A stretch of DNA of 64,000 nt from an uncultured Defluviicoccus sp. (GCA_964401555.1 CAYNYW010000007.1:64201-128200), one strand, 5' to 3'. Positions 18,219 through 29,336 are shown, counted from the stretch's first letter. Notes: generated by a model from the letters alone, not told the origin. Numbers and translations are program-made.

Positions 18219-20495
18219 ATGGTCGATCCTTTCGAATTGGCCGAGCGGCCGTCGGCGCCGGCGACCTCGGTCTCGCAACACCTGGAGCATCTCAACGAGG
18301 CGCAGCGGCGCGCGGTGGAATGCACCGACGGCCCGGTCCTGGTATTGGCCGGCGCCGGCACCGGCAAGACCCGGGTGTTGACCAGCCGGCTCGCCCATAT
18401 CCTGGCGTCGGGCAAGGCCCGTCCCTGGCAAATGCTGGCGGTTACCTTTACCAACAAGGCGGCGCGCGAGATGCGCGAACGCGTCGCTGCCATGCTCGGC
18501 TGTTCGGTCGAGGGCTGGTGGGTCGGCACCTTTCACGCCATCGGCGCGCGCATCCTGCGTGCGCACGCCGAGCGGGTCGGGCTGAAGCCGACGTTCACCA
18601 TCCTCGACACCGATGACCAGCTCCGCCTGATCAAGCAGCTCCTCGAAGCGCGCAACGTCGATGCCAAGCGCACACCGCCGCGTCTGGTGCTCGCCGTGAT
18701 CGCGCGCTGGAAGGATCGCGGGCTGACGCCCGCCCAGGTCTCGCCGGCGGAAGGAGCGGACGCCGTCGACGGCCTCGCGCTCGCGCTCTATGCCGAGTAT
18801 CAGGAACGCCTCAAGGTGCTCAATGCCGCCGATTTCGGCGACCTGCTCCTGCACGGGCTCACCTTGTTCCGCAGCGATGCCGACGTCCTCGCCAAGTACC
18901 AGCGGCAATTCCGCTACGTCCTGGTCGACGAGTATCAGGACACCAACGTCGCCCAATACCTCTGGTTGCGCGCGCTGGCGCAGACGCATCACAACATCTG
19001 CTGCGTCGGCGACGATGACCAGTCGATCTATTCCTGGCGCGGCGCCGAGGTCGGCAACATCCTGCGCTTCGAGAAGGATTTTCCCGGCGCCACCGTCATC
19101 CGGCTCGAACTCAACTATCGCTCCACGCCGCACATCCTGGCCGCGGCGTCGCATTTGATCGCGCACAACAAGGGGCGGCTCGGCAAGACCTTGTGGACGC
19201 CCTTGAACGAGGGCGAGCGCATCCTCATCCGCGGCGCCTGGGATGGCGAGGATGAGGCGCGCGGACTGTGCGATCATGTCCAGGCGTTGAAGGCGGGCGG
19301 CGAGCCGCTCAACAGCATGGCGGTCCTCGTCCGCGCCGGATTCCAGACCCGCGAGTTCGAGGAGCGTCTGATCACCGTTGGCCTGCCCTACCGGGTCATC
19401 GGCGGCTTCCGCTTTTACGAACGCCAGGAAATCCGCGATGCGATCGCGTATCTGCGCGTCCTCGTCCAGCCCGACGACGACCTCGCGTTCGAGCGCATCG
19501 TCAACCTGCCCAAGCGCGGCCTCGGCACCACCAGCCTGCGCAGCCTGCATTTGCTGGCCCGGCGCGAGGCGCTGTCGTTGAGCCGGGCGGCGGCCACGCT
19601 GGTCGAGACCGATGAGCTGAAGGGCCCGGCGCGTTCGGGCCTCGCCCGGCTGATCGCCGATTTCGACCGCTGGCGCGGCCTGATCGCGGTGATGCCGCAC
19701 CCGGAGCTGGCCAGGCTCGTGCTCGACGAGTCCGGCTATACGCGGATGTGGCGAGAAGACCGCAGCCCCGATGCCGCCGGCCGGCTGGAAAACCTGAAGG
19801 AGCTGGTGGGCGCGCTCGCCGAGTTCGAGAACCTGACCGGCTTTCTTGAGCACGTCAGCCTGGTCATGGACAACGACCAGGACGGCGGCGACGACAAGAT
19901 CACGCTGATGACGCTGCACGCGGCAAAGGGTCTCGAGTTCGATACCGTGTTCCTGCCTGGCTGGGAGGAGGGGCTGTTCCCCAACCAGCGTGCGCTGGAA
20001 GAAGCCGGTGCCGCCGCGCTCGAAGAAGAGCGGCGCCTCGCCTACGTCGGGCTGACCCGGGCCCGGCGCCGCGCCATCGTCAGCTACGCCGGCAGCCGCA
20101 TGGTCTTCGGCCACTGGCAAAACGCGCTGCCATCGCGCTTCATCGCCGAGCTGCCTTCGGAAAATGTCTTCCAGCAGACGCCGCGCGGCATGCTCGGAGG
20201 CCACGCCGGCCGTTCGTCGTTGAGCGAGCGGGACGCGATCTTCGACCGCCCGGCGCCGCAAGGCGATCGCTGGGGCGGCGGCGACGGACGGCGGCGGCCG
20301 CCGGTGCTGGAAGGGGCGTCCTACCGCGTGGTCAGCCGCGCGGCGCCCCAGCACGGGTTCGCCACCGGCCAGCGGGTGTTTCATCAGAAGTTCGGCTACG
20401 GCGCGGTGCTTGCCGTCGATGGCGACAAGCTTGCCATCGACTTCGAGAAGGCCGGCCGCAAGACGGTGGTCGCCAGCTTCGTCGAAGCGACCTGA
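18219..20495 (+). CDS. uvrD: UvrD/Rep-family ATP-dependent DNA helicase
   Basis: Shows NEAQRRAVE, AGAGTGKTRVLT, VDEYQDTN, NYRSTPHIL, TLHAAKGLEFD, RRLAYVGLTRA and the C-terminal FGYGAVL motif. Confidence 0.9.
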   Translation: MVDPFELAERPSAPATSVSQHLEHLNEAQRRAVECTDGPVLVLAGAGTGKTRVLTSRLAHILASGKARPWQMLAVTFTNKAAREMRERVAAMLGCSVEGWWVGTFHAIGARILRAHAERVGLKPTFTILDTDDQLRLIKQLLEARNVDAKRTPPRLVLAVIARWKDRGLTPAQVSPAEGADAVDGLALALYAEYQERLKVLNAADFGDLLLHGLTLFRSDADVLAKYQRQFRYVLVDEYQDTNVAQYLWLRALAQTHHNICCVGDDDQSIYSWRGAEVGNILRFEKDFPGATVIRLELNYRSTPHILAAASHLIAHNKGRLGKTLWTPLNEGERILIRGAWDGEDEARGLCDHVQALKAGGEPLNSMAVLVRAGFQTREFEERLITVGLPYRVIGGFRFYERQEIRDAIAYLRVLVQPDDDLAFERIVNLPKRGLGTTSLRSLHLLARREALSLSRAAATLVETDELKGPARSGLARLIADFDRWRGLIAVMPHPELARLVLDESGYTRMWREDRSPDAAGRLENLKELVGALAEFENLTGFLEHVSLVMDNDQDGGDDKITLMTLHAAKGLEFDTVFLPGWEEGLFPNQRALEEAGAAALEEERRLAYVGLTRARRRAIVSYAGSRMVFGHWQNALPSRFIAELPSENVFQQTPRGMLGGHAGRSSLSERDAIFDRPAPQGDRWGGGDGRRRPPVLEGASYRVVSRAAPQHGFATGQRVFHQKFGYGAVLAVDGDKLAIDFEKAGRKTVVASFVEAT

Positions 20496-21379
20496 TGGCA
20501 GTACCGTTGTGGCGGGTGGTACTGCGCGCACCGGCGCAAGCTGCCGCCCATGCGTTCGCGGCAGCGCTCGACCCCTTCGCGCAGTCGGTGCTCGTCTTCG
20601 AGGCTGCCGGCGGCACCTGGGACGTCCAGGCGATTGCCGCCGAACGGCCGGCCGCGGCCGCACTCGATCTGGCGTTGGCCATTGCGGCCACGGCCGCCGG
20701 CATGCCGATGCCCGCCCTGACGATCGAACCGCTGATCGACAAGGATTGGGTCGCCGAGGGCCTGAAAAGCCTGCCGCCGGTGCGCATCGGCCGCTTCTTC
20801 GTCTTCGGCCGGCACGTCGGCGCCTCAGTCCCTTCGGGTGCCATCGGCCTGAAGATCGAAGCGGGGCTTGCCTTCGGCTCGGGCCACCATGCCTCGACCC
20901 TGGGGTGCCTGGCCGCGCTGTCGGCGCTGCGGGCCCGCAGCATCACGCGCGCGCTCGATGTCGGCTGCGGCTCGGGCATCCTCGCGATTGCAACGGCGAA
21001 GGACAGGCGCATCCCGGTGGTGGCCGCGGACATCGACGGGGCGGCCGTGGCGGAGACCACCGCCAATGCCCGCGCCAACGGCGTGGCGCCGCTGGTGCGC
21101 GCCGTGCGCGCCGATGGCTACGCCTGGCCGCTGATCCGACGCTCAGCGCCCTATGATCTGGTCTTTGCCAACATTCTGGCGCGGCCGCTGCGCCGGCTGG
21201 CACCGGCACTTGTCGCGGCACTCGCGCCGCGTGGCCGGGCCGTGCTCTCGGGTTTCCTGGAGCGCGACGCGGCAAGGGTGCTTGCCGTCCACCGCGCACT
21301 GGGCCTGCGGTTGGAGCGCACCTATGTCTTCGACGGCTGGACGACGCTGGTCTTGATCAAACCGCCCGCCCGAGGCTAA
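20495..21379 (+). CDS. prmA: ribosomal protein L11 methyltransferase
   Basis: Shows FGSGHHASTLGCL, SAM motif LDVGCGSGILAIA and NILARPL. Its ATG overlaps the uvrD stop. Confidence 0.8.
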   Translation: MAVPLWRVVLRAPAQAAAHAFAAALDPFAQSVLVFEAAGGTWDVQAIAAERPAAAALDLALAIAATAAGMPMPALTIEPLIDKDWVAEGLKSLPPVRIGRFFVFGRHVGASVPSGAIGLKIEAGLAFGSGHHASTLGCLAALSALRARSITRALDVGCGSGILAIATAKDRRIPVVAADIDGAAVAETTANARANGVAPLVRAVRADGYAWPLIRRSAPYDLVFANILARPLRRLAPALVAALAPRGRAVLSGFLERDAARVLAVHRALGLRLERTYVFDGWTTLVLIKPPARG

Positions 21380-21924
21380 TCGTCGGGCGGTTCGGTGCGC
21401 CGTTCCTGCAAGCGCGGCATCAGCTCGACGAAGTTGCACGGCTGGTAGCGGGAGTCGAGCTGATGGACCAAGATCTCGTCCCAGGCATCCCTGCACGCGC
21501 CGGTCGAGCCGGGGACGGCGAAGATGTAGGTGCCGGCGGCGACGCCGGCCAGCGCCCGTGACTGAATGGTCGAGGTGCCGATCTTCCTGTAGCTGATCCA
21601 GCGGAACAGTTCGCCGAAGCCGGGAATCTCCTTGTCGATCACCGCGCGAACCGCCTCGGGCGTCACGTCACGCCCGGTCAGGCCGGTGCCGCCGGTGGTG
21701 ATGATCACGTCGATGCCCGCATCGGCGATCCAGCCCCGGAGCACGGCGGCGATGGCATCGGCATCGTCGCGGATGATGCGGCGGCCGACCAGCCGATGGC
21801 CGGCACTCTCGATGCGGGCGGCCAGCGCCTGACCAGATGTATCGTCCTTTTCGGTGCGCGAGTCGGAAACAGTCAACACGGCGATGTTGACGGCGACGAA
21901 CGCCCGCTCGCCCTCAATTTTCAT
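21376..21924 (-). CDS. moaB: molybdenum cofactor biosynthesis protein B (MoaB/MogA domain)
   Basis: Shows VLTVSDSRTEKDDTSG and ITTGGTGLTGRDVTPEA. Confidence 0.8.
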   Translation of the reverse strand: MKIEGERAFVAVNIAVLTVSDSRTEKDDTSGQALAARIESAGHRLVGRRIIRDDADAIAAVLRGWIADAGIDVIITTGGTGLTGRDVTPEAVRAVIDKEIPGFGELFRWISYRKIGTSTIQSRALAGVAAGTYIFAVPGSTGACRDAWDEILVHQLDSRYQPCNFVELMPRLQERRTEPPDD

Positions 21925-23758
21925 AGCTTCGCGCGACCCGCACCGACGCTTCGTTGGCCTCGACATAGGTCGGCCAGGCACCGCCCGCCAGCGCATCCAA
22001 AGACGGCGCCGGCTGGCCAAAGCGGCTGCGATAGATCCAGTAGTTGGCGAGCACGCGCTCGATGAAATCCCGGGTTTCGCCGTAGGGAATGGTCTCGATG
22101 TACAACAGCGGATCGTCGGTGCCGGTGCTCTCCCACTTGCGCACGTTGTTGGGACCGCCGTTCCAGGCCGCCGTCAGCCGGAACAGATCGCCACCGATAT
22201 CCTCCTGACCCAACAGCATCTCAAGGTAGCGTTGGCCGACGGCGAGATTGACGCCGGGATCCGAGAGGCGGATGGCACCCGGCGACCACTCGCCGGACCT
22301 GCGGCCGACCAGATCCGCCGTCGACGGCATCACCTGCATCAGGCCGCGCGCACCGGCCGGGCTGACGGCCTGCGGATCGAACTTCGATTCCTGGCGGGCG
22401 ACCGCGTACACCAGCGCAGGATTGACGGTAAAGCCGCCATCCGGTCGCCAATACGGTACCGGATAGGCAGCCGCGTCGAGTCCACCGCCGTTGGGATAAA
22501 GCTCGGCCGCGAGCCGGACCGCGAGATGCGCCAGCCCGGCTTGTTCCGCCACCACCATGGCGCCATGGATATGGGCACCGCCGCGCCGGCCGCAGCAGGC
22601 CGCTTCGAGTTCGGCCTCGGAGAGCCCCAGTTGGCCGATCTGAATGAGGGCAAGGGCGCGTTGGCCGGTCCGTGTCGCCGCGATCTCGGAAACCGCGGCC
22701 GCATCGGCTTCATCCGCCTGCCATCGGAACGGCATGGGCAGGCCGAGGATGCGTCGCGCCAGAAGGCCATAGAACGTGCGTGGATAGTCGGCGGCGACCA
22801 TCAGCAAGCGATTGACCTGCTCTGGCTGCCGGGCATAGAGATGCGCGCGCGCCGCCCAGAACGCCGCCCCCGACAGCGTCCAGCCGCGATCGCCGCTGCG
22901 CGAGACGACGGCTTCGAACTGCTGGGCTGCCCGGTCGTAATCTCCCGCTTGCCACGCGCTCAACGCACCGTTCCAGTCACCACGCACCGGCGCCTCGCTG
23001 CCGCTCCACGCCGCGGATAGAATCCTCGAAGGGGCGCCTAGGGGATTCCGGGCAAAGGCATGCCCGCCTGCAGCTTGGTGCCTGATGCCGTCATCGCGAG
23101 AGGCGAGCGCCAGTGCGGGGTTATCATTCGAAATGGCGGTGACGTTGCGGCCGCGATCGCGCTTCTTCACGCTGCCGCTGCGGGTTTTCTGCGTCCGGGT
23201 GTCCGACTTCGCCCGGACCTTGGCCAAGCGCTGCCGTTCGGCGGCGCGCTTTGCCGCGAGCAGGGCCTGGCGCTCCGCTTCCCGCTTTTCTTCGATGAGG
23301 TCGCGGATTCGTCCGCTTTCCGGCAGATCGGAGTACAGAACAAGCCACATGGCCAGTTCCTGCGGCCGGCTGGTGTAAGCCGTGGGGTGCAGGTATCGCT
23401 GCGCCAGCACGTGCCCGATCAGAAGATCGTTGCCGAGGTATGGCACCATCCCATCGACATCATCCCATTGTCCCATTTCGCCCAGCGCGAAGATTTCCCG
23501 ATACAGGGCGGCATCGCGCGCCGATAAGACCCGCGGCAGGAGGGCGTTGCTTGGTTTGAGGCGGGCTTCCGTCGTATTGGCGGCCGTGCTGGGGCGTGCA
23601 TCGTCGGCGAGGACGGCTTGGGTGCCAATCAGGCAAAACAAAAACAACAGCGCAAACGCGCGCAGAACTCCGTTCAAATTCTTTCCCCCATAGGCTTTTG
23701 AATAACGTACAAAGCAAGTTTTGCGCCATGAGGCAAGAAAAAGTGGCGTGTTCACCAC
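21914..23758 (-). CDS. soluble lytic murein transglycosylase (Slt-family)
   Basis: Signal-like LRAFALLFLFCLIGTQAVLA. SLT catalytic region YAVARQESKFDPQAVSPAGARGLMQVMPSTA. Start uncertain. Confidence 0.8.
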   Translation of the reverse strand: MVNTPLFLASWRKTCFVRYSKAYGGKNLNGVLRAFALLFLFCLIGTQAVLADDARPSTAANTTEARLKPSNALLPRVLSARDAALYREIFALGEMGQWDDVDGMVPYLGNDLLIGHVLAQRYLHPTAYTSRPQELAMWLVLYSDLPESGRIRDLIEEKREAERQALLAAKRAAERQRLAKVRAKSDTRTQKTRSGSVKKRDRGRNVTAISNDNPALALASRDDGIRHQAAGGHAFARNPLGAPSRILSAAWSGSEAPVRGDWNGALSAWQAGDYDRAAQQFEAVVSRSGDRGWTLSGAAFWAARAHLYARQPEQVNRLLMVAADYPRTFYGLLARRILGLPMPFRWQADEADAAAVSEIAATRTGQRALALIQIGQLGLSEAELEAACCGRRGGAHIHGAMVVAEQAGLAHLAVRLAAELYPNGGGLDAAAYPVPYWRPDGGFTVNPALVYAVARQESKFDPQAVSPAGARGLMQVMPSTADLVGRRSGEWSPGAIRLSDPGVNLAVGQRYLEMLLGQEDIGGDLFRLTAAWNGGPNNVRKWESTGTDDPLLYIETIPYGETRDFIERVLANYWIYRSRFGQPAPSLDALAGGAWPTYVEANEASVRVARSYEN

Positions 23759-23800
23759 TTGTTTCGCCCACGGTACGGCATGACGATCGGCGCGTCACGC

Positions 23801-24634
23801 CTATGCGATTGTGGTGATTTTCTTTTTGATTGCGAGCAGGTCGCGCCAGGCAAGCCTCTTCTGTGCGGGCGAGCGCAGAAGGTAAGCCGGGTGGAACAGT
23901 GCCGTTGCGGGAATCGGACGGGCGAGCCGCGCGGTCTGGTAATTGAACCAGCGCCCGCGCAGCCGGCCGACGCTCTCGCTTTGTCCGAGCAGCGCCGATG
24001 CGGCCGGCCCACCCAGGGCAACCAGGATCGCGGGCGCGATCAGCTCGACGATGCGCTCGACGAACGGCAGGCAGGCGGCAACCTCTTGCGATGTCGGGGC
24101 GCGATTACCCGGCGGGCGCCAGAACACGGTGTTGGAAATGAACACCCCCGTGCGGTCGAAGTCGATGGAGGCGAGCATGCGGTCGAGGAGACGGCCGCTG
24201 GGGCCGACGAAAGGGATGCCCTGACGATCCTCCTCGGCACCCGGCGCCTCGCCGATCAGAACCACACCGGCGCGCGCGCTGCCGTCGCCGAACACAAGGT
24301 TGGTCGCCGTTTTGCGCAACGGGCAACCCGCGTATCCGGCGAGCGCCGTGCGCAGGGCTTCGAGGCTGTCGGCAGCCCCGGCGAGTGCCCGGGCATCGTC
24401 TGCGACGGTGAGGAACTCTCGGGATGCCCTAACAGGCGAAGCCGTTGCCGTTGCCGCCGGGCCCGCAGCGGCCGCTTGGTGGGTGTGCGTTGCTTCCGGC
24501 TCTACCGGCAAAGCGCCAGGCTCTTCCTCGCGCCGATAGCGGTCGCACGCGGTCTCGGCGATCGTCTCATCGACGCCCGCTTCCAGATACCAGCGCATCA
24601 ACGATGCCAGGCGCGCACGCTCGTCCGCATCCAT
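23801..24634 (-). CDS. family-4 uracil-DNA glycosylase
   Basis: Shows GEAPGAEEDRQGIPFVGPSGRLLD and FHPAYLLR. Internal Met MDADERARL chosen as start. Confidence 0.8.
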   Translation of the reverse strand: MDADERARLASLMRWYLEAGVDETIAETACDRYRREEEPGALPVEPEATHTHQAAAAGPAATATASPVRASREFLTVADDARALAGAADSLEALRTALAGYAGCPLRKTATNLVFGDGSARAGVVLIGEAPGAEEDRQGIPFVGPSGRLLDRMLASIDFDRTGVFISNTVFWRPPGNRAPTSQEVAACLPFVERIVELIAPAILVALGGPAASALLGQSESVGRLRGRWFNYQTARLARPIPATALFHPAYLLRSPAQKRLAWRDLLAIKKKITTIA

Positions 24635-24828
24635 CCGTGTTATCGGTATGGAGTTTGCCGGCGCGCGGCAAGGCCGCATTCGTATGGGCCCTGGCGCATT
24701 TTGCGGTCGAGCACCGAAGCGCTATGATATAAGGAGGTCATGATATTAGGGCGACGCGAGCCATAAGAACGAGGCGTGGCTGGGAGAGGGGGCGACGCCG
24801 TCTCGAAGGGTGAACGCGGGGAGGGGTG

Positions 24829-26457
24829 ATGAGTCGGGAATGCATGGAATTCGACGTCGTGATCGTGGGCGGCGGCCCTTCGGGGCTGAGCGCGGCGATC
24901 CGCTTGAAGCAGCTTGCCGCAGAGGGCGACCGTGAGCTTTCCGTATGCTTGATCGAGAAGGGCTCGGAGGTCGGCGCCCACATCCTCTCCGGCGCCGTGA
25001 TCGAACCGCGCGCGCTCGACGAGTTGATCCCTGACTGGAAGGACAAGGGTGCGCCACTGAACACACCCGCCGGCGATGACTCGTTCCTTTTTTTGACCGC
25101 AACCAAGGCAATCCGCCTGCCGACGCCGCCGCAGATGCACAACCACGGCAACTACGTCGTCAGCCTCGGCAACGTCTGCCGCTGGCTCGCGAGCCAGGCA
25201 GAGGCGTTGGGCGTCGAGATCTATGCCGGCTTCGCCGGTGCCGAGGTGTTGTACGACGATGCGGGCCGCGTCGTCGGCGTCGCGACCGGCGACATGGGCA
25301 TCGGCAAGGATGGCGAGCCGACGGCGAATTATCAGCCGGGCGTGGAGTTGCGGGCGAAATACACGCTGTTTGCCGAAGGCTGTCGCGGCTCGCTGACCAA
25401 GACGCTGTTGGAGCGCTTCAATCTCCGCGAGGGCGCGCAGCCGCAATGCTACGGCATCGGCATCAAGGAATTGTGGGAGGTCGACCCCTCCAAGCACACG
25501 CCGGGCAAGGTGGTGCACACCGTCGGCTGGCCGATGGATGCCAGGACCTACGGTGGCTCGTTCCTCTATCACCTCGAAGGCAACCAGGTCGCGGTCGGCT
25601 TCGTCATCGCGCTCGATTACGAGAACCCGCACCTCTCGCCGTTCGACGAGATGCAACGCTTCAAGACCCATCCGGCGATCCGCCCAACCTTCGAAGGCGG
25701 CCGGCGCATCGCCTACGGCGCGCGTGCGCTGGCGGAAGGCGGCTTCCAGTCGATCCCCCGCCTCGTCTTTCCGGGCGGCGCGCTCATCGGCGACACCGCC
25801 GGCTTCCTCAACGTGCCCAAGATCAAGGGCACGCACACGGCAATGAAATCGGGGATCGTCTGCGCGGACGCAGTCTTCGCGGCGCTGGCGAGCGAGCACC
25901 CAGCCGACGTGATCGAGGCCTATCCCGAAGCGCTGAAGAAGAGCTGGCTTTGGGACGAGCTTTACAAGGTGCGCAACATCCGTCCCTCGTTCCACAACGG
26001 CCTGTGGGCGGGGATTTCCTACTCGGCACTCGATACCTACGTCTGGCGCGGCCGCGCGCCCTGGACCTTCAAGCATCACGAGGACCATACCCAGCTCAAG
26101 CCGGCGAGCGAGGCACCGCGCATCGAGTATCCCAAGCCCGACGGCGTGATCACCTTCGACAAGCTGTCCTCGGTGTACCTGTCCAGCACCAATCACGAAG
26201 AGGACCAGCCGGTGCACCTGAAGCTCAAGGACCCGGCGGTGGCGCTGACGGTGAACTGGGCGCGCTACGAAGGTCCGGAAGGGCGGTTCTGTCCGGCGGG
26301 TGTCTATGAATTTGTCGACGATGGCGCAGGAAAAAAACTGCAGATCAACGCGCAGAACTGCGTCCACTGCAAGACCTGTGACATCAAGGATCCGACGCAG
26401 AACATCAACTGGGTGGTGCCCGAAGGCGGCGGCGGCCCCAATTATCCCAACATGTAG
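24829..26457 (+). CDS. electron-transfer flavoprotein:ubiquinone oxidoreductase
   Basis: Shows [21 protein letters not shown] and the C-terminal 4Fe-4S region [36 protein letters not shown]. Confidence 0.9.
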   Translation: MSRECMEFDVVIVGGGPSGLSAAIRLKQLAAEGDRELSVCLIEKGSEVGAHILSGAVIEPRALDELIPDWKDKGAPLNTPAGDDSFLFLTATKAIRLPTPPQMHNHGNYVVSLGNVCRWLASQAEALGVEIYAGFAGAEVLYDDAGRVVGVATGDMGIGKDGEPTANYQPGVELRAKYTLFAEGCRGSLTKTLLERFNLREGAQPQCYGIGIKELWEVDPSKHTPGKVVHTVGWPMDARTYGGSFLYHLEGNQVAVGFVIALDYENPHLSPFDEMQRFKTHPAIRPTFEGGRRIAYGARALAEGGFQSIPRLVFPGGALIGDTAGFLNVPKIKGTHTAMKSGIVCADAVFAALASEHPADVIEAYPEALKKSWLWDELYKVRNIRPSFHNGLWAGISYSALDTYVWRGRAPWTFKHHEDHTQLKPASEAPRIEYPKPDGVITFDKLSSVYLSSTNHEEDQPVHLKLKDPAVALTVNWARYEGPEGRFCPAGVYEFVDDGAGKKLQINAQNCVHCKTCDIKDPTQNINWVVPEGGGGPNYPNM

Positions 26458-26521
26458 GTAAGGACGGGTAATGAAGGCACTGATCTTGACCGTGCGGTGC
26501 CTGTGGTGCCGGCGGGAGGCG

Positions 26522-28207
26522 ATGCTGTTCGCCTTGGTCCTGGTTGCAGCCGCGTGTGCTCCCGATTCCCGGTTGCAGGCACGCCAGGAAGTGGAGCCCG
26601 GCGCCACCTTGAGCGGCAATTACCTTGCCGCGCGGCACGCGGAGGTTGCTAATGACGCGGCGGCGGCCGTGGATTTTCTGCGCGCGGCCCTCGACATCGA
26701 CCCCGACGAGCCGGCCCTGATCGCCCGAGCCTACGCCGCCCTCGTCATTGCGGGGCAAACGGCCGACGCCGTGCCACTGGCGCGAAAATTCCTTGATGGC
26801 AAGAATGACGCGGCGCTCGCCCGGCTTATTCTCGCCGCCGATGATCTTCGTGCGGCGCATTTCGCCGCCGCTGCCCAGCATCTGGCGCCGTTCCCTGCCG
26901 AAGGTGGGCTCGGCTATATCGCCCGGGTCCTGACCGCGTGGGCGCTGGCCGGTGAAAACCACACCGACGAGGCGCTCGCCGGGCTCGATCCTGCGGGCAA
27001 TGCCAACGGCGTCGCCATGCTTTATCGTCTGCATGCGGCATGGATCGATGATCTCGCCAATCGCAGCGCGGCCGCCGAGGCGCAACTGCAGCCGGTATTC
27101 GATCAGCACGAACAGCCTTGGTTGCGTCTGACCGAACTGGCCGCCGGCGTGTTGGCGCGGGCCGGCAAGCCGGACAAGGCGGCGGCACTCTATCGCAGCT
27201 ATCTCGAGCGGGTTCCACAGGCGCACGGGATCGCCGGACAGATCGAGCGCCTGGATCGGCGCGTCGTGCCGCCGCGGATCATCCGCTCGGCCAAGGATGG
27301 CGCCGCCGAAGCGCTGTTCGACGCTGCCGGCATCGCGCGGCGCCAGAATGCCGATGAAAGCGCGCTGATTCTCGGTCAGCTCGGTCTTTACATCCGCCCC
27401 GATTTTCCCGAGTTGCGAATGGTCGTCGCCGATTTGATGGAAGATGCCGGCCGCTACGCCGACGCCAACGCGATCTACGCCGAGATCGATCGCAGCTCTC
27501 CCCTGGCAGAGAGCGCCGAGCTGGGCACGGCGCGCAATCTCGATCGTCTCGATCGCTTCGACGATTCCGTGCGCATGCTGGAAGACTTGGCGCGCAAGCA
27601 TCCGGACGATCCGGAGCCGCTGAGCGAGCTTGGCGACCTGCTGCGCCGGCACGAGCGGTTCGAGGACGCGGTCAAGGCCTACGATCGCGCGTTCGCACGC
27701 ATCGGCGAGCTCAAGCCCTACCATTGGCGGCTCCTGTATGCGCGCGGCATCGCGCTCGAACGCGCCAAAAACTGGGATCGCGCCGAGGCCGATTTCCTCA
27801 AGGCGCTGGCCTTCGAGCCCGAACAGCCCTTTGTCCTGAATTATCTCGGCTACTCCTGGGTTGAGCAGGGCCGCAATCTCGCCCAGGCCGAAGAGATGAT
27901 TCGCAAAGCCGTCGCGCTCAGGCCGCAGGACGGCTACATCGTCGACAGCCTCGGCTGGGTGCTGTATCGGCTGGGGCGCTATCCGGAGGCGGTCGTCGCA
28001 CTGGAGCGTGCGGTCGAGCTCAAGTCCGAGGACCCGGTGATGAACGATCACCTGGGCGATGCCTATTGGGCGGCCGGCCGCCAGCGCGAGGCCCGCTATC
28101 AGTGGCGGACGGCGCTCGCTCTGTCCCCCGAGGCGGAGCTGAAGGCACAGCTCGAAGACAAGCTGCAGCGCGGCCTCGTGCGTCAGGCCAACGCCGTCCA
28201 GCCGTGA
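26522..28207 (+). CDS. tetratricopeptide-repeat protein, probable lipoprotein
   Basis: Lipobox-like LVLVAAAC followed by multiple TPR-like helices (LNYLGYSWVEQGRNLAQAEEMIRKAV, DHLGDAYWAAG). Confidence 0.7.
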   Translation: MLFALVLVAAACAPDSRLQARQEVEPGATLSGNYLAARHAEVANDAAAAVDFLRAALDIDPDEPALIARAYAALVIAGQTADAVPLARKFLDGKNDAALARLILAADDLRAAHFAAAAQHLAPFPAEGGLGYIARVLTAWALAGENHTDEALAGLDPAGNANGVAMLYRLHAAWIDDLANRSAAAEAQLQPVFDQHEQPWLRLTELAAGVLARAGKPDKAAALYRSYLERVPQAHGIAGQIERLDRRVVPPRIIRSAKDGAAEALFDAAGIARRQNADESALILGQLGLYIRPDFPELRMVVADLMEDAGRYADANAIYAEIDRSSPLAESAELGTARNLDRLDRFDDSVRMLEDLARKHPDDPEPLSELGDLLRRHERFEDAVKAYDRAFARIGELKPYHWRLLYARGIALERAKNWDRAEADFLKALAFEPEQPFVLNYLGYSWVEQGRNLAQAEEMIRKAVALRPQDGYIVDSLGWVLYRLGRYPEAVVALERAVELKSEDPVMNDHLGDAYWAAGRQREARYQWRTALALSPEAELKAQLEDKLQRGLVRQANAVQP

Positions 28208-29091
28208 GCGCGGCCGACGCCACCGTCTGCGTCGAGGCGCCGGCCAAGCTCAATCTCTACCTGCACGTCCTCGGCCGCCGCGCCGACGGCTATCATCTGC
28301 TCGACAGCCTGATCACCTTCGCCGGCGTCGCCGACAGCCTGGAAGTGCAAGCCGCCGGCGATCTTCGGCTGTGCATCGATGGGCCGTTTGCCGACGGCTT
28401 GTCCGCGGCCGCAGACAATCTGGTGACACGCGCGGCGGAGGCTCTGGCGGAAACGGCCGGCATCACCCCCAGGGCCGCGATTCGGTTGACGAAGCGGCTG
28501 CCGGTAGCATCCGGCATCGGCGGCGGCTCGGCCGACGCCGCCGCGACGCTCCACGCGCTCAACCGCCTGTGGCGGTTGGGCCTGGATAACGAGGCACTCG
28601 CAGCGCTCGGCCTGCGGCTGGGTGCCGACGTACCGATGTGCGTCGCCGGTCGCACCGCGTTCGTGGGCGGCATCGGAGAGGAGGTCGCGTCGGCGCCTGT
28701 CTTGCCGCCGTGCTGGTTCGTGCTCGCCAATCCGGGGGTGGCGCTGCCGACGCCGGGCGTGTTCCGCGCGCGTCGCGGTCCGTTCTCACCGCCCGCCCGC
28801 TTTTCCGAGCCGATCAAGGATGCGTGCGCGCTCGCTGCCCTGATCGCGTCCCGGCGCAACGATCTGACCGATGCCGCAATTGCGCAGGCGCCGGTGATCG
28901 CGGACGTGCTCGCCGCGCTGACGGACCTGCCTGGAGCGCTGATTGCGCGCATGAGCGGCTCTGGTGCGACGTGCTTTGCCTTGTTCGCGCAAGAGGCGGA
29001 AGCAAACGCCGGTGCGGCCGTGCTGGCGGCGCGCCATGACGGCTGGTGGATCGCGGCGGCCCCGGTTGCGGCAAGCGCGGCGAGCGGCTAA
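28204..29091 (+). CDS. ispE: 4-diphosphocytidyl-2-C-methyl-D-erythritol kinase
   Basis: Shows APAKLNLYLHVLGRRADGYH and the GHMP motif KRLPVASGIGGGSADAAA. The GTG at 28204 overlaps the upstream stop. Confidence 0.85.
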   Translation: MSAADATVCVEAPAKLNLYLHVLGRRADGYHLLDSLITFAGVADSLEVQAAGDLRLCIDGPFADGLSAAADNLVTRAAEALAETAGITPRAAIRLTKRLPVASGIGGGSADAAATLHALNRLWRLGLDNEALAALGLRLGADVPMCVAGRTAFVGGIGEEVASAPVLPPCWFVLANPGVALPTPGVFRARRGPFSPPARFSEPIKDACALAALIASRRNDLTDAAIAQAPVIADVLAALTDLPGALIARMSGSGATCFALFAQEAEANAGAAVLAARHDGWWIAAAPVAASAASG

Positions 29092-29104
29092 GTTGCCGGC
29101 ACGT

Positions 29105-29178
29105 TGGGGCGTGGCCAAGCGGTAAGGCAACGGACTTTGGATCCGTGATCGGAGGTTCGAATCCTCCCGCCCCAGCCA
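29105..29178 (+). tRNA. tRNA-Gln (anticodon UUG)
   Basis: Hand-folded cloverleaf. Acceptor TGGGGCG/CGCCCCA, anticodon stem ACGGA/TCCGT with loop CTTTGGA, T-arm GGAGG-TTCGAAT-CCTCC, and 3' GCCA encoded. Confidence 0.9.
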
Positions 29179-29262
29179 GGGCAGCGTGATCGCAGACGCG
29201 AGCACCGCCCCGCAGCCATGGGCAAGAGCGCGCCGCCACGTGTACGCCGAGCCGTGGCGGTT

Positions 29263-29336
29263 TGGAGCGGGCGAAGGGAATCGAACCCTCGTCTAAAGCT
29301 TGGGAAGCTTTCGTTCTGCCATTGAACCACGCCCGC
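29263..29336 (-). tRNA. tRNA-Gly (anticodon CCC)
   Basis: Reverse complement folds as GCGGGCG acceptor, D-arm GTTC/GAAC, anticodon stem AAAGC/GCTTT with loop TTCCCAA, T-loop TTCGATT, and CCA encoded. Confidence 0.9.

Noticed and set aside
17862-20663. 933-aa ORF antisense to uvrD. Similar long antisense or out-of-frame ORFs occur at 1560..3164, 24640..26619, 26405..28051, 54042..56222, 56056..57861 and 57779..59749.
   Set aside because: All are Arg/Ala/Gly/Pro-rich with no recognisable motifs. Each lies opposite or out of frame to genes with clear conserved motifs. This is the classic high-GC artefact of stop-codon-poor alternative frames.
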